Both the position numbers and the translations under genes were made by a program. A stretch of 64,000 bases of DNA from an uncultured Planctomycetota bacterium (GTDB lineage: Bacteria; Planctomycetota; Planctomycetia; Isosphaerales; Isosphaeraceae). The stretch spans positions 672,001 to 736,000 of the forward strand of contig CAVTTN010000002.1 of NCBI GenBank assembly GCA_963737655.1. The letters are read 5' to 3'. The notes beneath the pieces are model-generated. The model searched no databases. It was not told where the DNA came from and worked only from the letters and a program-made list of their open reading frames with translations. Every line of letters begins with the position of its first letter. The first letter of the stretch is position 1. This document shows, piece by piece, positions 19,772-30,409 of the stretch.

Positions 19772-20980
19772 TCATGAGAGGGGTTTTTGCTTCCCACTGC
19801 CCACCGCCCACTGCCCACTGCCCACTCGAAAATTGGTGTGCGGCCCTCTCATCCAGGCCGGTCCGGTCACGACCTCGGCGAGGTAGCCGAGCAATCGCTC
19901 GCGGAAGACGGGCCGGGCGTAGCACTCGGCCCGGCGACGCGCATGATTCGGGTCGTGGGGACCTCCGGCGGCCTCCCAGGCGACGATCGCCGCGAGCAGC
20001 CCTTCGGCCGACGGGTCGTCATAAAGGACTCCCACGGGCCCCTCGACCGTCTCGGCCGCCCCGCCTCGGTTCAGGGCGATCACCGGGCAGCCGCAGGCCA
20101 TCGCCTCGGCCGGGACGATCCCGAAATCCTCCTCGCCCGGGAACAGCAGGGCCTTGCTCCGGCGGTAATGGTCGCGGATCACCTCGTCCGGCTGCCAGCC
20201 CAGGAACGTCACGCCCGGCCCGGCCAGGGATTCGAGCCGGGCCCGGTCCGGACCCTGGCCGATCACCACCAGACGACGCCCCGACCGCGAACACGCCCGG
20301 ATCGCCAGGTCGATCCTCTTGTACGGGACCAGGGCCGACACGCAGAGGTACGGGCCGTCTCGGGCGACTCGTTCCGGGGTGTAGAAGTCCGTATCGACGG
20401 GCGGCTCGATCACCCGGCTCTCGCGATGATAGCACCGGCTGATCCGGTCGCGGATCGTCCCGGAGATCGCCACGAAATGGGAGACCCGCGAGGCGGAGGC
20501 GCGGTCCCAGGTCCTCAGGCGGTCGAGGACCAGCCCGGCGGCGAGCCTCTTCATCGGGGGGGCGGAGGCGAGATAGGCGTCCCGGCCGTCCCAGGCGTAC
20601 CGCATCGGCGTGAAGCAGTAGCAGACGTGGGGGACGCCCTCGGGCACCCTCACGGCCTTCGCCACGCAATGGCTGAGGCTGACGACCAGGTCCACCTCGC
20701 CGAGCTTCCACGACCGGGCCGCCAGGGGCATGACCGGCAGGAACTTCCGGTAATGGCGGGCGATCCCCGGGACTCGCTGGAGGGGCGACGTCGCCACGTC
20801 CATCGCGCCGATGATCGGCCCGACCGAGCCGGCCTGGTGGATCAAGGTATGAACGGTGGCCCGGGGGAAGCTCTCGCAGAGGACTTCCAGGCACTTCTCG
20901 CCGCCTCGGAGGCCGGTCAGCCAGTCGTGGACCAGCGCCACGCGGAGGCCGAGGAGAGGCGGGGGCAGGGCGGCATCCAT
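19772..20980 (-). CDS. Glycosyltransferase family 4
   Basis: VALVHDWLTGLRGGEKCL; EEDFGIVPAEAMACGCPVI. Confidence 0.92.
   Translation of the reverse strand: MDAALPPPLLGLRVALVHDWLTGLRGGEKCLEVLCESFPRATVHTLIHQAGSVGPIIGAMDVATSPLQRVPGIARHYRKFLPVMPLAARSWKLGEVDLVVSLSHCVAKAVRVPEGVPHVCYCFTPMRYAWDGRDAYLASAPPMKRLAAGLVLDRLRTWDRASASRVSHFVAISGTIRDRISRCYHRESRVIEPPVDTDFYTPERVARDGPYLCVSALVPYKRIDLAIRACSRSGRRLVVIGQGPDRARLESLAGPGVTFLGWQPDEVIRDHYRRSKALLFPGEEDFGIVPAEAMACGCPVIALNRGGAAETVEGPVGVLYDDPSAEGLLAAIVAWEAAGGPHDPNHARRRAECYARPVFRERLLGYLAEVVTGPAWMRGPHTNFRVGSGQWAVGSGKQKPLS
19793..19826. repeat. Heptamer tandem repeat (CCCACTG) x~5
   Basis: CCCACTG CCCACCG CCCACTG CCCACTG CCCACT, at the 3' end of the glycosyltransferase ORF. 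Confidence 0.8.
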
Positions 20981-21152
20981 GCGGGGCCCTTCAGTCATCG
21001 CGAACGGCGACCGGAGGCGGGCCATCCCTGACCCGTCCCTCCGTCGCGGAGACGCTACCCGAATCGGCCGAACCGGGCAAGGCCGGGTGGCCTCAGCCGA
21101 CGAGGACGGGCGGTCCGCGCTCCTCGGACCGCCCGCCCGTCCGCCCTGGGCA

Positions 21153-22469
21153 TTACTGGATGACCTGGTCCTGAGACAGCGGGGTCTGCTTGTAGCACGG
21201 GCCGGTTTGCAGGTTGATGCAGGGGAGCTGGCTGCCGGCCGGGGTGATGATCTTGGCGTAGATGTCGCCGGACATCGTCTCGGAGATGAACCGGGCCGAG
21301 CCGTCGCAGAAGACGACGTTCACGCCGCCGGGGTGACGGCTGGAGGCATAGGGCGAGGACCCCTCGACGCTGGCCACCAGGCTGGAGTTGATGTTCTCCT
21401 GGGTGCCGGCCTGGTTGGCCAGCATCCAGGACGGGCCATCGACGATCGTGTTGCCGTTGAGGGTCGTCGGGATCAGCCCGGTGTCGGTGGCGCACATGCC
21501 GGTGCCGCCGTGGCAGACGTTGTCCGAGGCCACGAACATCATGAAGTTCGGGTGCGGCGAGGCCCAGTTGAAATTGGCCGCCGAGTTGTACGCCTGGGAC
21601 AGCCCGGCGCCCACGCCGTCATTGGCCGAGTAGCCGGCCAGGATGTTCTCCGAGAGCAGCAACGTGGTGCTGGCGCCATCGACGATCGAGCTGGACGTCG
21701 TGCGGATGTCCCACGGCGTATTGCCGATGCTCGTGCCCAGGAACATCACGCCGGTCTTCTTGGCGACCTGCGAGCCCCAGTTCAGGGACGGCCCGGCGCT
21801 GACCGAGGCGCTGCCGCCGACGAAGCCGATCGGGTTCTGCCCCGCGGCGGTCCCGCTGTTGTTCGTGTAGGTGTAGCCGTGCCACCGGCTGAACCCGCCG
21901 TTGACGACGTAGGAGAGGTTCCCCTGGCCCTGGACGATCGTGTCGTCTTCGGGGCAGGTGAGGATCTTGATGAACGTGTTGCCCAGGCCGTAGTTGTTGG
22001 TCAGGGCGGTGCTGGCCGTGGTGTCGAAGAACGGCAGGTTGCGATTGTAGCCGTTGTAGATGTCGTTGGCGTCGATGTAGGGCAGGACGTCCACGACCCA
22101 GCTATACAGGGGGCCGTAAAGCGGCGTGGTGCTGCCGGAGGTCGCCCCGGTCGTCCCGAAGCTGCCGTTGAAGCAGTTGTTGATGACCGACTGCGTCGGG
22201 TCCGGCGGGTTGGCGGTCAGGGCGGCGGGGTTCTCGTGGAACGTCCCGGCGTTGGGGAAGCTATTGCGGGCGTTGAGGAACTGGATCAGCCCCAGGCCCA
22301 CCTGGCGCATGTTGCTGGCGCATTCCATCTTCCGGGCCGTCCGCCTCGCGGAGATGACCGCCGGCAGGATCAGACCCATCAGGATGCCGATGATCGCGAT
22401 GACCACCAGCAGCTCAATCAGCGTGAAGCCCTTGGGCGCATGGCCCCGGAGACGGCGTCGAGCGATCAT
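21153..22469 (-). CDS. DUF1559 prepilin-type protein with H-X9-DG motif
   Basis: [14 protein letters not shown]...LPAV..AR..AR...C..N..Q; C-terminal [13 protein letters not shown]. Confidence 0.93.
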   Translation of the reverse strand: MIARRRLRGHAPKGFTLIELLVVIAIIGILMGLILPAVISARRTARKMECASNMRQVGLGLIQFLNARNSFPNAGTFHENPAALTANPPDPTQSVINNCFNGSFGTTGATSGSTTPLYGPLYSWVVDVLPYIDANDIYNGYNRNLPFFDTTASTALTNNYGLGNTFIKILTCPEDDTIVQGQGNLSYVVNGGFSRWHGYTYTNNSGTAAGQNPIGFVGGSASVSAGPSLNWGSQVAKKTGVMFLGTSIGNTPWDIRTTSSSIVDGASTTLLLSENILAGYSANDGVGAGLSQAYNSAANFNWASPHPNFMMFVASDNVCHGGTGMCATDTGLIPTTLNGNTIVDGPSWMLANQAGTQENINSSLVASVEGSSPYASSRHPGGVNVVFCDGSARFISETMSGDIYAKIITPAGSQLPCINLQTGPCYKQTPLSQDQVIQ

Positions 22470-22589
22470 CGGCAGGTCCTTTCTCGGCAGAGCGGGGGTT
22501 CCTTCATCGTACCTTGCGATAGCACGCATTGACAAGACGGTCGCCCCGCGAGGCCCGCGAGAGCGGGCCCGAGACGAGGTCGACCCGGA

Positions 22590-25500
22590 TCATTCGATCC
22601 GTCGGCGGAAGACGACGAGGTCGCGGAAGTCGTCGGGCTCGTACGGGTTGAAGCCCGTCGCCCTCGTGCGATCGATCAGGAAGTAGGAGCGGTAGCGGAC
22701 GTTCTTGCCGATGTCGGCGTCGAGCTCCCGGCCGAGGCGATCGACGGCCAGGCTCATCCCGTTGATGTCGGTCTGGGCGGCGAGCTGCGGGTTGCCGGCC
22801 TGGACGACCTCGAAGAACCCGACGGTCAGCCAGACGGCGTACTGGTGGGTGCGGACCGTCGAGAGGTTCATGACCTTGGAGAGGATCTCGGTCCTCCAGT
22901 AGGGATGGGCCCGACGGTCGGTGCTGGCGGCGCCGAGGCCGAGGGTCGGGTCGAACAGGTCGGCGTTGGTGTTGTTGAGGAAGATGTGGTTGCCGGCCGA
23001 GACGTTGCCGCCGAGCTCGCCGGCCGGGCTGTGGAACGACGGGTTGGGGTTCGGGCCGTCGTTGTCGGGGATCTCGAAGAGCATCCGGGGCGGGATCGCC
23101 GGGGTGCCGGCGGAGGTGAACTGATAGATGCTCTGATCGAGGTTCCCCGACTGGATCTGGGCCGCGCCGAGCCGGGCGGGCCTCATCACGGTGTCGCTGA
23201 TCGAGCCGGGGGCGGCGGCCACCCCCAGCCTCCTCGGCTGGCCCTGGGCGAGCGAGCGGAACGGCTTGCTCGGCATCGTGAACGGATAGTTCGGGTTGCT
23301 GGGGTCGCCCCACAGGTACATCGACGCGGCATACGGCGAGAGCACCAGTCCCGAGCCGCCGTCTCGGAGCTTCAGGAAGTCGGCGAACGCCGATTTCATC
23401 GCGCTGACGGTGTAGGTCGAGGTCGTGCCGTCGGAGTTGGTGACGGTGTAGGTCTGCGGGAACCCCCGGCCGAAGGCGTAGGTGTTCACGTCGGAGACCG
23501 GCACGGTGTACGACGGCATCCCGTTGGGATACAGGGCCGTGGCCATCCTCGGGATGCCCGCGATCCCGACCGGATTGGAGTTCGAGGCCGTCGGCGCCGG
23601 CAGGTTGTACAGCGAGACGGTCGTGGCGTTGAACGCCTGGGAGGAGCTGAGCCGGGGGTCGTCCACCAGGCCGTAGAAGACCTCCTCGTCGATGATCAGG
23701 TTGAGGTTGATGAGCCCCGGCCGGATGTCCTTCCTCGCCCAGTCGGCGTTCTGGCCGGCGGCGACCGGCCCGATGTAGCCGAGCGACGGCGTGGGGACCT
23801 CGACGTACTCCAGGAGCTGATACCACGAGGACTTCGAGCCCGAGGAGTAATGGAACGCGTCGGCCAGGTAGGGGAAGACGCACGGGTCGGGCAGGTTGCG
23901 GATGCCCACCTTGTTGTTGGCGTAGGTCACCGCGTCGGGCGGCTGGCTGGCCATGGCCGGCGGAGGCGTGTAATAGGGGGTCGTCCCGCCGGCCGTCGGG
24001 GTCGGCAGGTCGCCGGTCGGGCTGGTCGCGGGGGCCGGGTTGGGCTGCTCGGCGAAGAGCTTCGTGAACAGGCCCGGCGGGCACGCCGGGACCAGCAGGA
24101 GCTCGGCCGGGCTCATGAAGTCGCGGTCATTGAACGAGAAGTGGTCCCAGTTGTCCGGGTTCGGGTTGGTCCCGGCCTTGCCGAGGTTGTGATAGACCTC
24201 GTAGGTCGGCGCATTGTTGCTCGTGTCGTTCTTGTTGGAGTTGTTGTTGACGTTGTTCAGGTCCGGCGCCCCGTTCTTCGTCCCGTTGAACTTGGGCACG
24301 AGCGTCGAGTTGCTCGTGTTGATCGTCGGGACGGTCTGCTCGGTGTAGCCGTAGGGGCGGGACGGGCTCCAGGTGTCGGCGTAGGGGACGTAGTGGGCGC
24401 CCCGATACGGCTGGAGCCGGCGGACCGAGTAGAGGGGCAGCGTCCCTTGCTGAACCAGGGACGTGTTGTTCTTGTCGCTGACGTCCGCCTTGTCGTTGTT
24501 GGTGATGAACGGGAAGCGGAACGAGTCGACGACCACGCGATCGGCGGTCCCCATGCTCGCGGAGTTGGGGTTGGCCGGGCGGACGAGGTGGAGCCAGTAA
24601 TAGTCCGCCTTGCCCGAGGTGGACGGCACCGGCGTCGTGGGGATCTGGTTGACGAGGACGTCGGCCAGGGGGGTGGTGGCGACCGTCGGCGGCCCGGTCT
24701 CGGTGTTGGCGTAGGGCAGGGTGTTGGCCAGGACGAGCGTCTCGAAGTTGTTCCGGGAATCGCCGTTGCGCTGGGCCTTGATCCAGTCGGACGTGGGCAG
24801 GGACGTCGGCGTGGCGGCCGGCCCGAGCCCTCCTCCGGAGATCGGCACGAAGAAGCCGCTGATCGTGGCCGGGTCGAGCTGGCCGGTCACGATGTTCGGC
24901 CTCTCGACTCGCGCGGTGGTGGTGTCGGTCGGCTGGGGGAGCGTCGTGGTGCCGGAGGGCAGCAGGGGGTTGTCCTGGGTGATGATGAATCCCCAGCCGT
25001 TGAGGTCCAGGTCGCAGGCCGTCCCGGGCCCGGGCGGCATCGCGCCGACGCCCGGGTTGGGATAGTCCTGCGTGAGCGTGTTGACCAGCTCGACGAACAT
25101 CCGCTTCTGGGCCACGGCGTTGTTGTTCGTGTCGCGGACCGTGTACTGGTAGGCCAGGACCTCGGTGATCGAGATCGGGTTGTACTCCATCCCCCACTGG
25201 ACCAGATTGCCGCTGCCGGAGGCGGCCTTGGTCACGCCGGCCGGGCGGGTGATCACGGTCGTGGAGCCGGAGCCCGAGCCGCCGATCCCGGGGCTGGTGT
25301 TGGCCACGCTGCTGGTCTGCGGGGCGCTGGCCGCCAGGTCGTAGTTGACGAACTTGGTCATCGTGGCGTCCGGGTCGCGGAAATCGACCACGTTGACGGC
25401 GAACTGGCCGAGGGCCGCGAGCTGGGTGGCCGTCGCGTTGTCGCCCGGGCTGCCGGTGAGCGTCGTCGGCGGGTAGAGCACCAGCTTCATCAGCTCGTAC

Positions 25501-28109
25501 AGCTCGCGGACGTACTTCAGCCGGACCGGCTCGTTCGAGGAATTCGACACCGGCAGGGGCAGGTTCAGGTTGAACTTCTTGTTGCCGTGGGTCAGGGACG
25601 CCTGATAGGCCGTGTCCGGGAAGCCGGAGCTGGCCTGCGGGTACGGGGCCCCGCCGACGACCTGGGGAAGGCCGTAGAACGTCGTCCCGGCCATGTTCGG
25701 CGCGGAGAACGTGTTCAGCTCCCACGAGTCCGTGGAGAAGAACCGCCGGTGCATCAGGGCGTTGTGGTCATTGACCAGGACGTCGGGCAGGAGCGAGCTC
25801 AGGCGGCTGGACAGCGAGGCGCCGTCCTCGTCCTGGGCCCGGCTCAGCCATTCCTGGTCGGCCACTCCGAACGGCGAGTCGTAGGTGGTCTTCTCGTAGA
25901 GGTTGAGCTGGGCCGCCTCGTCCAGGGCGAGGCTGTTGTTGGGGTACATCCCGTTGGTGACGGTCCCCGTGCCCGGGTCGGTCGAGTTGATCGCCCCGTC
26001 GAAGGTCGGCAGCGAGGTCAGCCCGTCGCCGACGTCGAACGGCATCCTCGCGAAGAACTCGCCGGGGTGGGTGCCGGTCTTCACCGACGGGTTGCGGAAC
26101 GCCTCATAGCCGTGGAGCTTGTTGACGGCGTTGGTCCAGAGCCTCGTCTTGCTCGGCAGGTCGCCGGGGGAGTTGGGGAGGCCCGGCGGGCGATAATACA
26201 TGAAGAAGCCGACCCGGCCGAGGTCGTCGAACCCGTTGCCGAAGTCGGTCGTGCCGCCCAGGGGCAGGCCGTGGCCGAACTCCAGGACCCGGCCGTTGCC
26301 GGTCGGGTCGATCGGCGTGACGAACCGGCGGATGCGCTCCACGGGCAGGAGCGTCCGGCCGGCGGCGTCGTAATAGTCGGAGAGCTCCGGGTACAGGGCG
26401 TTGCCGTTGGCGTCGGTCCCGTTGGGGTAGAAGTCGTAGCCGGTGTAATCGCTGTCGAACTCATCGACCTTCGTGTAGTTGACCTGGGTGTTGTTCGCGT
26501 TCGGCTTGAAGTACGACGACCGCCCGGCCCTGGGGAACGTGTTGCCCGCGGTGGCCCGGATCACGTCCGCCTCGCCGAATCGGCCGTCGATCGGCGGCTG
26601 GACGGTGGCGTTGCCCTGGAGCATGATCTGGAGGTACGGCGTGCCGTTGCCCGGCCCGCTGCCGGTGCTGGGGATCATCGCGTAGGTCGGGTTGACCTCG
26701 TTGGGCGAGTAGCCCAGGTGCGAGACGTGGCTGGCGTTGATCGCCCCGTTGCCGTCCCGGCCGTGGATGTTCCCCGCCGTGTTCATCGGCAGGCGGCCGT
26801 TGAGCCCGAGCACGGTGAAGGCGAACAGGGGCTTGTACTGCCGGCCGTTGGCGTCTCGCTGGGGCGGATAGCCCAGGTCGAGCCACACGGCGTCGGTGAT
26901 CCCGTCGCCGTCGTTGTCCACGTCGTACTTGATCTGGCCGGTCGTGGCGTCGGGCAGGAGGTCCGGGAACGAGTCGCCGGACATCGGGTGGTCGATCTTC
27001 CGGGGGCGGAGGAACTTGGCCCGGGCCTGGGTCGTCAGCAGCTTCCAGTCGTTGCTGCCGATCGTGTTCGGGTTGGTGGGGTCGTAGACGATGTTCCCGG
27101 GCCGGTGGAACGACGGCAGGACGACCTGGCCGTCGGCGCTCTGGAGGGCGAGGAACCAGTTCTCGTTGTCCGGGGCGTCGTAGTCCTCGTCCAGGGCCTG
27201 ATACGGCAGGGCGTTGGGGTCGTTCAGGCCCGAGGGGTTGGTGAACGTCAGGTTCATGCTGGCGTCGAAGCCGGCGGTCTGCTGGTTGTACAGGAAGTTC
27301 GGGTAGACCGGCTGGGTGGCGTTGAACGTGGTGCTGGGGACGTACGCGTTGGGCGAGAGGTCGCCGGCGCCCGAGCCGTTGAAGGCGCGGAGGTATCGGC
27401 CGTCGATCGTGAAGACCAGGGCCACGGACGTCCCGCTCGGCGGGTTCAGCCCGTTCGGGGCGGCGCTGGCCGGCGAGAGCAGGCCGAAGGTGCGGTTGTC
27501 GGACTGGGAGAGGCCCAGGACGTGGGTCGATCCCGTGTTGTCGTCCGAGACGATCTCGAAGGTCTGCGGGATCGCGTCGGGCCTCTGGATCTGCTGGATC
27601 GGATAGTAGGTGTTGGCGTCCACCAGCCATTGTTCGAGGCGGAGGATGCAGCCGACGAAGTTCGTGTTGTAGAACTGCGGCAGGACGGCGATCTGCGGGT
27701 AATTGTTCGCCGGGACGTTGGTGCTGATCAGCAGGACGTTGTTCTGCGTGGGCGCCGTCATCCCCGTGACCATCGGCGGCTGGCCGACCGGATAGGGCAA
27801 GAACTTGATATACACATTTCTCGGCGCGTCCCCCCCGTACATGTCGCGCTTCAGGCTATGGCCGCGGATCGCGGAGGCGGCGTTGTTCGTGTCGTTGATG
27901 AGCTGGGACAGGGCCCAATCCAGGTACTGCTCGGGGTCGGGATTGCTCATGCCCTGCTCGAAGTAGCGGGCCCCGACCTGCGCCTGGCCGCTGAACGTGG
28001 CGAAGGTCACGCCGATCAGCGCGAGCAGGCCGAGCATCCCCAGGATCAGGATGAGGACCACGCCCCGGCGGGGGCCGGGCGAGCCTCGCGGCACTCTCTG
28101 GGCGAACAT
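22590..28109 (-). CDS. Very large PilX/GspK-like minor (pseudo)pilin, 1839 aa
   Basis: RRG-VVLILILGMLGLLALIG class III signal lacking Glu5; DVDNDGDG motif; INLN and C-terminal TVRT..Y.VW..VGFF; last large gene of the pilin operon. Confidence 0.75.
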   Translation of the reverse strand: MFAQRVPRGSPGPRRGVVLILILGMLGLLALIGVTFATFSGQAQVGARYFEQGMSNPDPEQYLDWALSQLINDTNNAASAIRGHSLKRDMYGGDAPRNVYIKFLPYPVGQPPMVTGMTAPTQNNVLLISTNVPANNYPQIAVLPQFYNTNFVGCILRLEQWLVDANTYYPIQQIQRPDAIPQTFEIVSDDNTGSTHVLGLSQSDNRTFGLLSPASAAPNGLNPPSGTSVALVFTIDGRYLRAFNGSGAGDLSPNAYVPSTTFNATQPVYPNFLYNQQTAGFDASMNLTFTNPSGLNDPNALPYQALDEDYDAPDNENWFLALQSADGQVVLPSFHRPGNIVYDPTNPNTIGSNDWKLLTTQARAKFLRPRKIDHPMSGDSFPDLLPDATTGQIKYDVDNDGDGITDAVWLDLGYPPQRDANGRQYKPLFAFTVLGLNGRLPMNTAGNIHGRDGNGAINASHVSHLGYSPNEVNPTYAMIPSTGSGPGNGTPYLQIMLQGNATVQPPIDGRFGEADVIRATAGNTFPRAGRSSYFKPNANNTQVNYTKVDEFDSDYTGYDFYPNGTDANGNALYPELSDYYDAAGRTLLPVERIRRFVTPIDPTGNGRVLEFGHGLPLGGTTDFGNGFDDLGRVGFFMYYRPPGLPNSPGDLPSKTRLWTNAVNKLHGYEAFRNPSVKTGTHPGEFFARMPFDVGDGLTSLPTFDGAINSTDPGTGTVTNGMYPNNSLALDEAAQLNLYEKTTYDSPFGVADQEWLSRAQDEDGASLSSRLSSLLPDVLVNDHNALMHRRFFSTDSWELNTFSAPNMAGTTFYGLPQVVGGAPYPQASSGFPDTAYQASLTHGNKKFNLNLPLPVSNSSNEPVRLKYVRELYELMKLVLYPPTTLTGSPGDNATATQLAALGQFAVNVVDFRDPDATMTKFVNYDLAASAPQTSSVANTSPGIGGSGSGSTTVITRPAGVTKAASGSGNLVQWGMEYNPISITEVLAYQYTVRDTNNNAVAQKRMFVELVNTLTQDYPNPGVGAMPPGPGTACDLDLNGWGFIITQDNPLLPSGTTTLPQPTDTTTARVERPNIVTGQLDPATISGFFVPISGGGLGPAATPTSLPTSDWIKAQRNGDSRNNFETLVLANTLPYANTETGPPTVATTPLADVLVNQIPTTPVPSTSGKADYYWLHLVRPANPNSASMGTADRVVVDSFRFPFITNNDKADVSDKNNTSLVQQGTLPLYSVRRLQPYRGAHYVPYADTWSPSRPYGYTEQTVPTINTSNSTLVPKFNGTKNGAPDLNNVNNNSNKNDTSNNAPTYEVYHNLGKAGTNPNPDNWDHFSFNDRDFMSPAELLLVPACPPGLFTKLFAEQPNPAPATSPTGDLPTPTAGGTTPYYTPPPAMASQPPDAVTYANNKVGIRNLPDPCVFPYLADAFHYSSGSKSSWYQLLEYVEVPTPSLGYIGPVAAGQNADWARKDIRPGLINLNLIIDEEVFYGLVDDPRLSSSQAFNATTVSLYNLPAPTASNSNPVGIAGIPRMATALYPNGMPSYTVPVSDVNTYAFGRGFPQTYTVTNSDGTTSTYTVSAMKSAFADFLKLRDGGSGLVLSPYAASMYLWGDPSNPNYPFTMPSKPFRSLAQGQPRRLGVAAAPGSISDTVMRPARLGAAQIQSGNLDQSIYQFTSAGTPAIPPRMLFEIPDNDGPNPNPSFHSPAGELGGNVSAGNHIFLNNTNADLFDPTLGLGAASTDRRAHPYWRTEILSKVMNLSTVRTHQYAVWLTVGFFEVVQAGNPQLAAQTDINGMSLAVDRLGRELDADIGKNVRYRSYFLIDRTRATGFNPYEPDDFRDLVVFRRRIE

Positions 28110-28181
28110 GGGGCGGGGTCCTCCTTCTCATGATCGGGGCGGGCCGGGCTGCGGCGAGCGGGCCCGGGCGCCCCGCGTAAC

Positions 28182-30248
28182 TCAAAGCTTGTCGGAGAAG
28201 TCCTGGGAGATGGTCAACGTCTTCACGTACTTGCTCTTCGGGTCCGTCAGGCGGATCTGGATGCGAAGGCCTCGCAGGGGGACCGGGTACGGCGCCGGGT
28301 ACGACGGCACCACCGGCCTCTGCGGGTTGCCGTTGGCGTCCAGCGCGAGCGGCCCGCGGGACGTCGGGTTGATGGGGATCGCCGGGGCGTTGGTGTAGCT
28401 GGTGGACCAGGTGTCCCAGGTCCGCCTCATCCGGATCACGCCGGCGGTGTTATCGCCCAGGCTCCAGAGCGGGTACTGCGGGTCATAGCGATAATCGTTC
28501 GGAAGGGGCGGGATGCGCCCCTCGTGGCCCATCGAGTAGAGCTGCTCCGAGTTCGTGCTGGTGAGCGAGAGGGACGCGCCCCCGGTGCCGAAGTCCACCG
28601 CCGCGTAGCCGAGGTCGTAGTACCCCGGCACCAGGGCGGAGAGGTTGCCGTTGATGTAGCCCACGGGGCTCGGGTCATAGGCCTTGATGTTGAAGCTGCG
28701 GACGTCCGAGGCGATCAGGTCATCCTCGTAGACCGTGGCCCCGCCGAGGTCGAACCACGAGCCGGCGGCCGGGGTGCCGTCGGTGAAGGGCTGGTCGTCG
28801 GGGAACTGGGTCGGCAGCCAGAACGGCCCGCCGGAGCGGTAGGAAAGGCCGATGAACTGGGTCCCGGCCGTGTCGCTGGAGCTGAAGATGTCCCCCGCCG
28901 AGTTGCCCGAGCTGCTCACCGCCTGGTCGTACAGGGAGCCCGACGGGTCATTCAGCCTCTTGATCGGGTCCATCCAGCGGGGGTTCATCGTCTCCCGCCA
29001 GGTGGGGAAGCCCCACCAGGTGCTCGGGGCGGAGGGGGCCGGCAGGCTGTCGCCGGTCCCGGCCGGCAGGGGGTTGTGGTTCGGCGGATTGGGGTTCGCG
29101 CCGGGGTCCAGCGTGTGGACCGAGCCGATCGTGCTCGTCGCCCAGTCCGTGGGCGAGTACGGGTTGGGGAACAGGAACGGGAAGGCGGTCCGGTCGTAGG
29201 ACAGGGGCCGGAGGTTGGTCGCTCCGGCGTTGACGAAGTCGTCGTTGAGCAGCCCCGCGTTGGCCGAGTTCGCGTACATCGTCGGCCAGTAGTCGGGCAC
29301 GCCGTCCGGGGGATAGCTGGCGCTGACGGTCAGGTCGTCGGAGAGGCCGTCGGGGACGTAGACCGTGTTGCCCGGCGCGGAGGCGTTGCTCACGAAGTCG
29401 TCGGCGAACCGGGGGCTGGCATAGCGGTTCTGGCGGTCGGTGAGGTCGCCCATGCCGTTGGGGACCGGCATGTAGGAGAAGAACGAGACGTTCGCCGGCA
29501 AGGTATTGGCGGGGTATTCGCTCGGGCGGGCCGAGATGTCGTTGATCCCCTGCCAGCTGACGAACGGGGTCAGCACCCCGCCGACGGTCACCTGGGCATA
29601 CGCGGGGAACAGGGCGGCCGGCGTGAACAGGTCCACGGCGAACCCGAACCGGCTCGGGCCGTTCCGCGAGGTGGCCCCGGCGATGTTCGGGTCGCTCGGG
29701 AAGTTCCCGAGGCCGAGCTTGCCGGCCAGGTCGGGCCGGATCAGCCGGACCCTCCGATAGAGCTTCGTCCCCCGGAGGAAATAGATGATCTCCGCGTACT
29801 GGCTGGTGATCGTGATCGGCTCGATCGTGGCCGAGCGCAGCCCGGCGTAGCCCGGATCGACCGGCGGGACGAGCTTCTGGACCCACAACCGGCCGGTGAA
29901 CGGCTGGCCGTCGGGCGCCTTGGCGGTGAACCGGAGGGTGTCGTCGGAGTCCTCGTCCTGGGCGTCGGGCAGGGCGTTCTCGGCGTATTCGAAGTAGCCG
30001 CGGCCCTCGATCGGGTCCATCGGCGGGGTCATCCGGCAGGTGATCCCGTTGAGGTCCTGGCGGATCATCTGGTCGAGGCGGCGGAGGTCCTGATCGAGGG
30101 CCGCGTACGCCTTCTGAGTGATCACCGCGCCGGTCGCGTTGCGGAACACGGCCACGATGATCAGCATCATGATCAGCAGGAGCGCCACGGTGACGAGCAT
30201 CTCCAAAAGCGTCACGCCGCGTCGTCTGGCTCGCAAGGTCGGATGCAT
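28182..30248 (-). CDS. Large prepilin-type protein (PilW/GspJ-like)
   Basis: RRRG-VTLLEMLV; C-terminal LRGLRIQIRL. Confidence 0.85.
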   Translation of the reverse strand: MHPTLRARRRGVTLLEMLVTVALLLIMMLIIVAVFRNATGAVITQKAYAALDQDLRRLDQMIRQDLNGITCRMTPPMDPIEGRGYFEYAENALPDAQDEDSDDTLRFTAKAPDGQPFTGRLWVQKLVPPVDPGYAGLRSATIEPITITSQYAEIIYFLRGTKLYRRVRLIRPDLAGKLGLGNFPSDPNIAGATSRNGPSRFGFAVDLFTPAALFPAYAQVTVGGVLTPFVSWQGINDISARPSEYPANTLPANVSFFSYMPVPNGMGDLTDRQNRYASPRFADDFVSNASAPGNTVYVPDGLSDDLTVSASYPPDGVPDYWPTMYANSANAGLLNDDFVNAGATNLRPLSYDRTAFPFLFPNPYSPTDWATSTIGSVHTLDPGANPNPPNHNPLPAGTGDSLPAPSAPSTWWGFPTWRETMNPRWMDPIKRLNDPSGSLYDQAVSSSGNSAGDIFSSSDTAGTQFIGLSYRSGGPFWLPTQFPDDQPFTDGTPAAGSWFDLGGATVYEDDLIASDVRSFNIKAYDPSPVGYINGNLSALVPGYYDLGYAAVDFGTGGASLSLTSTNSEQLYSMGHEGRIPPLPNDYRYDPQYPLWSLGDNTAGVIRMRRTWDTWSTSYTNAPAIPINPTSRGPLALDANGNPQRPVVPSYPAPYPVPLRGLRIQIRLTDPKSKYVKTLTISQDFSDKL

Positions 30249-30259
30249 CGGGCGTCCCC

Positions 30260-30409
30260 GTAGGGTGCAGGAACTGCACCGTCGTGTAGGGTGCATGAAA
30301 TGCACCGGTCCTTCCTCGAACTCGAACCGCCCATTCCATGCCACTCGACCGAACCCGGAAGGACGGCGGGCTTCGCCCGCGCCTTGTCGGTGCACTTCCT
30401 GCACCCTAC
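30260..30409. repeat. Cluster of three GTAG REP-like palindromes
   Basis: GTAGGGTGCAGGAACTGCACC 30260-30280; GTAGGGTGCATGAAATGCACC 30286-30306; inverted copy 30389-30409. Confidence 0.8.

Noticed and set aside
22845..28133. 1762-aa plus-strand ORF and many other long antisense ORFs (e.g. 43226-45829, 1782-3737, 7065-8843)
   Set aside because: Shadow frames of high-GC genes; Arg/Gly/Pro-rich with no recognisable motifs
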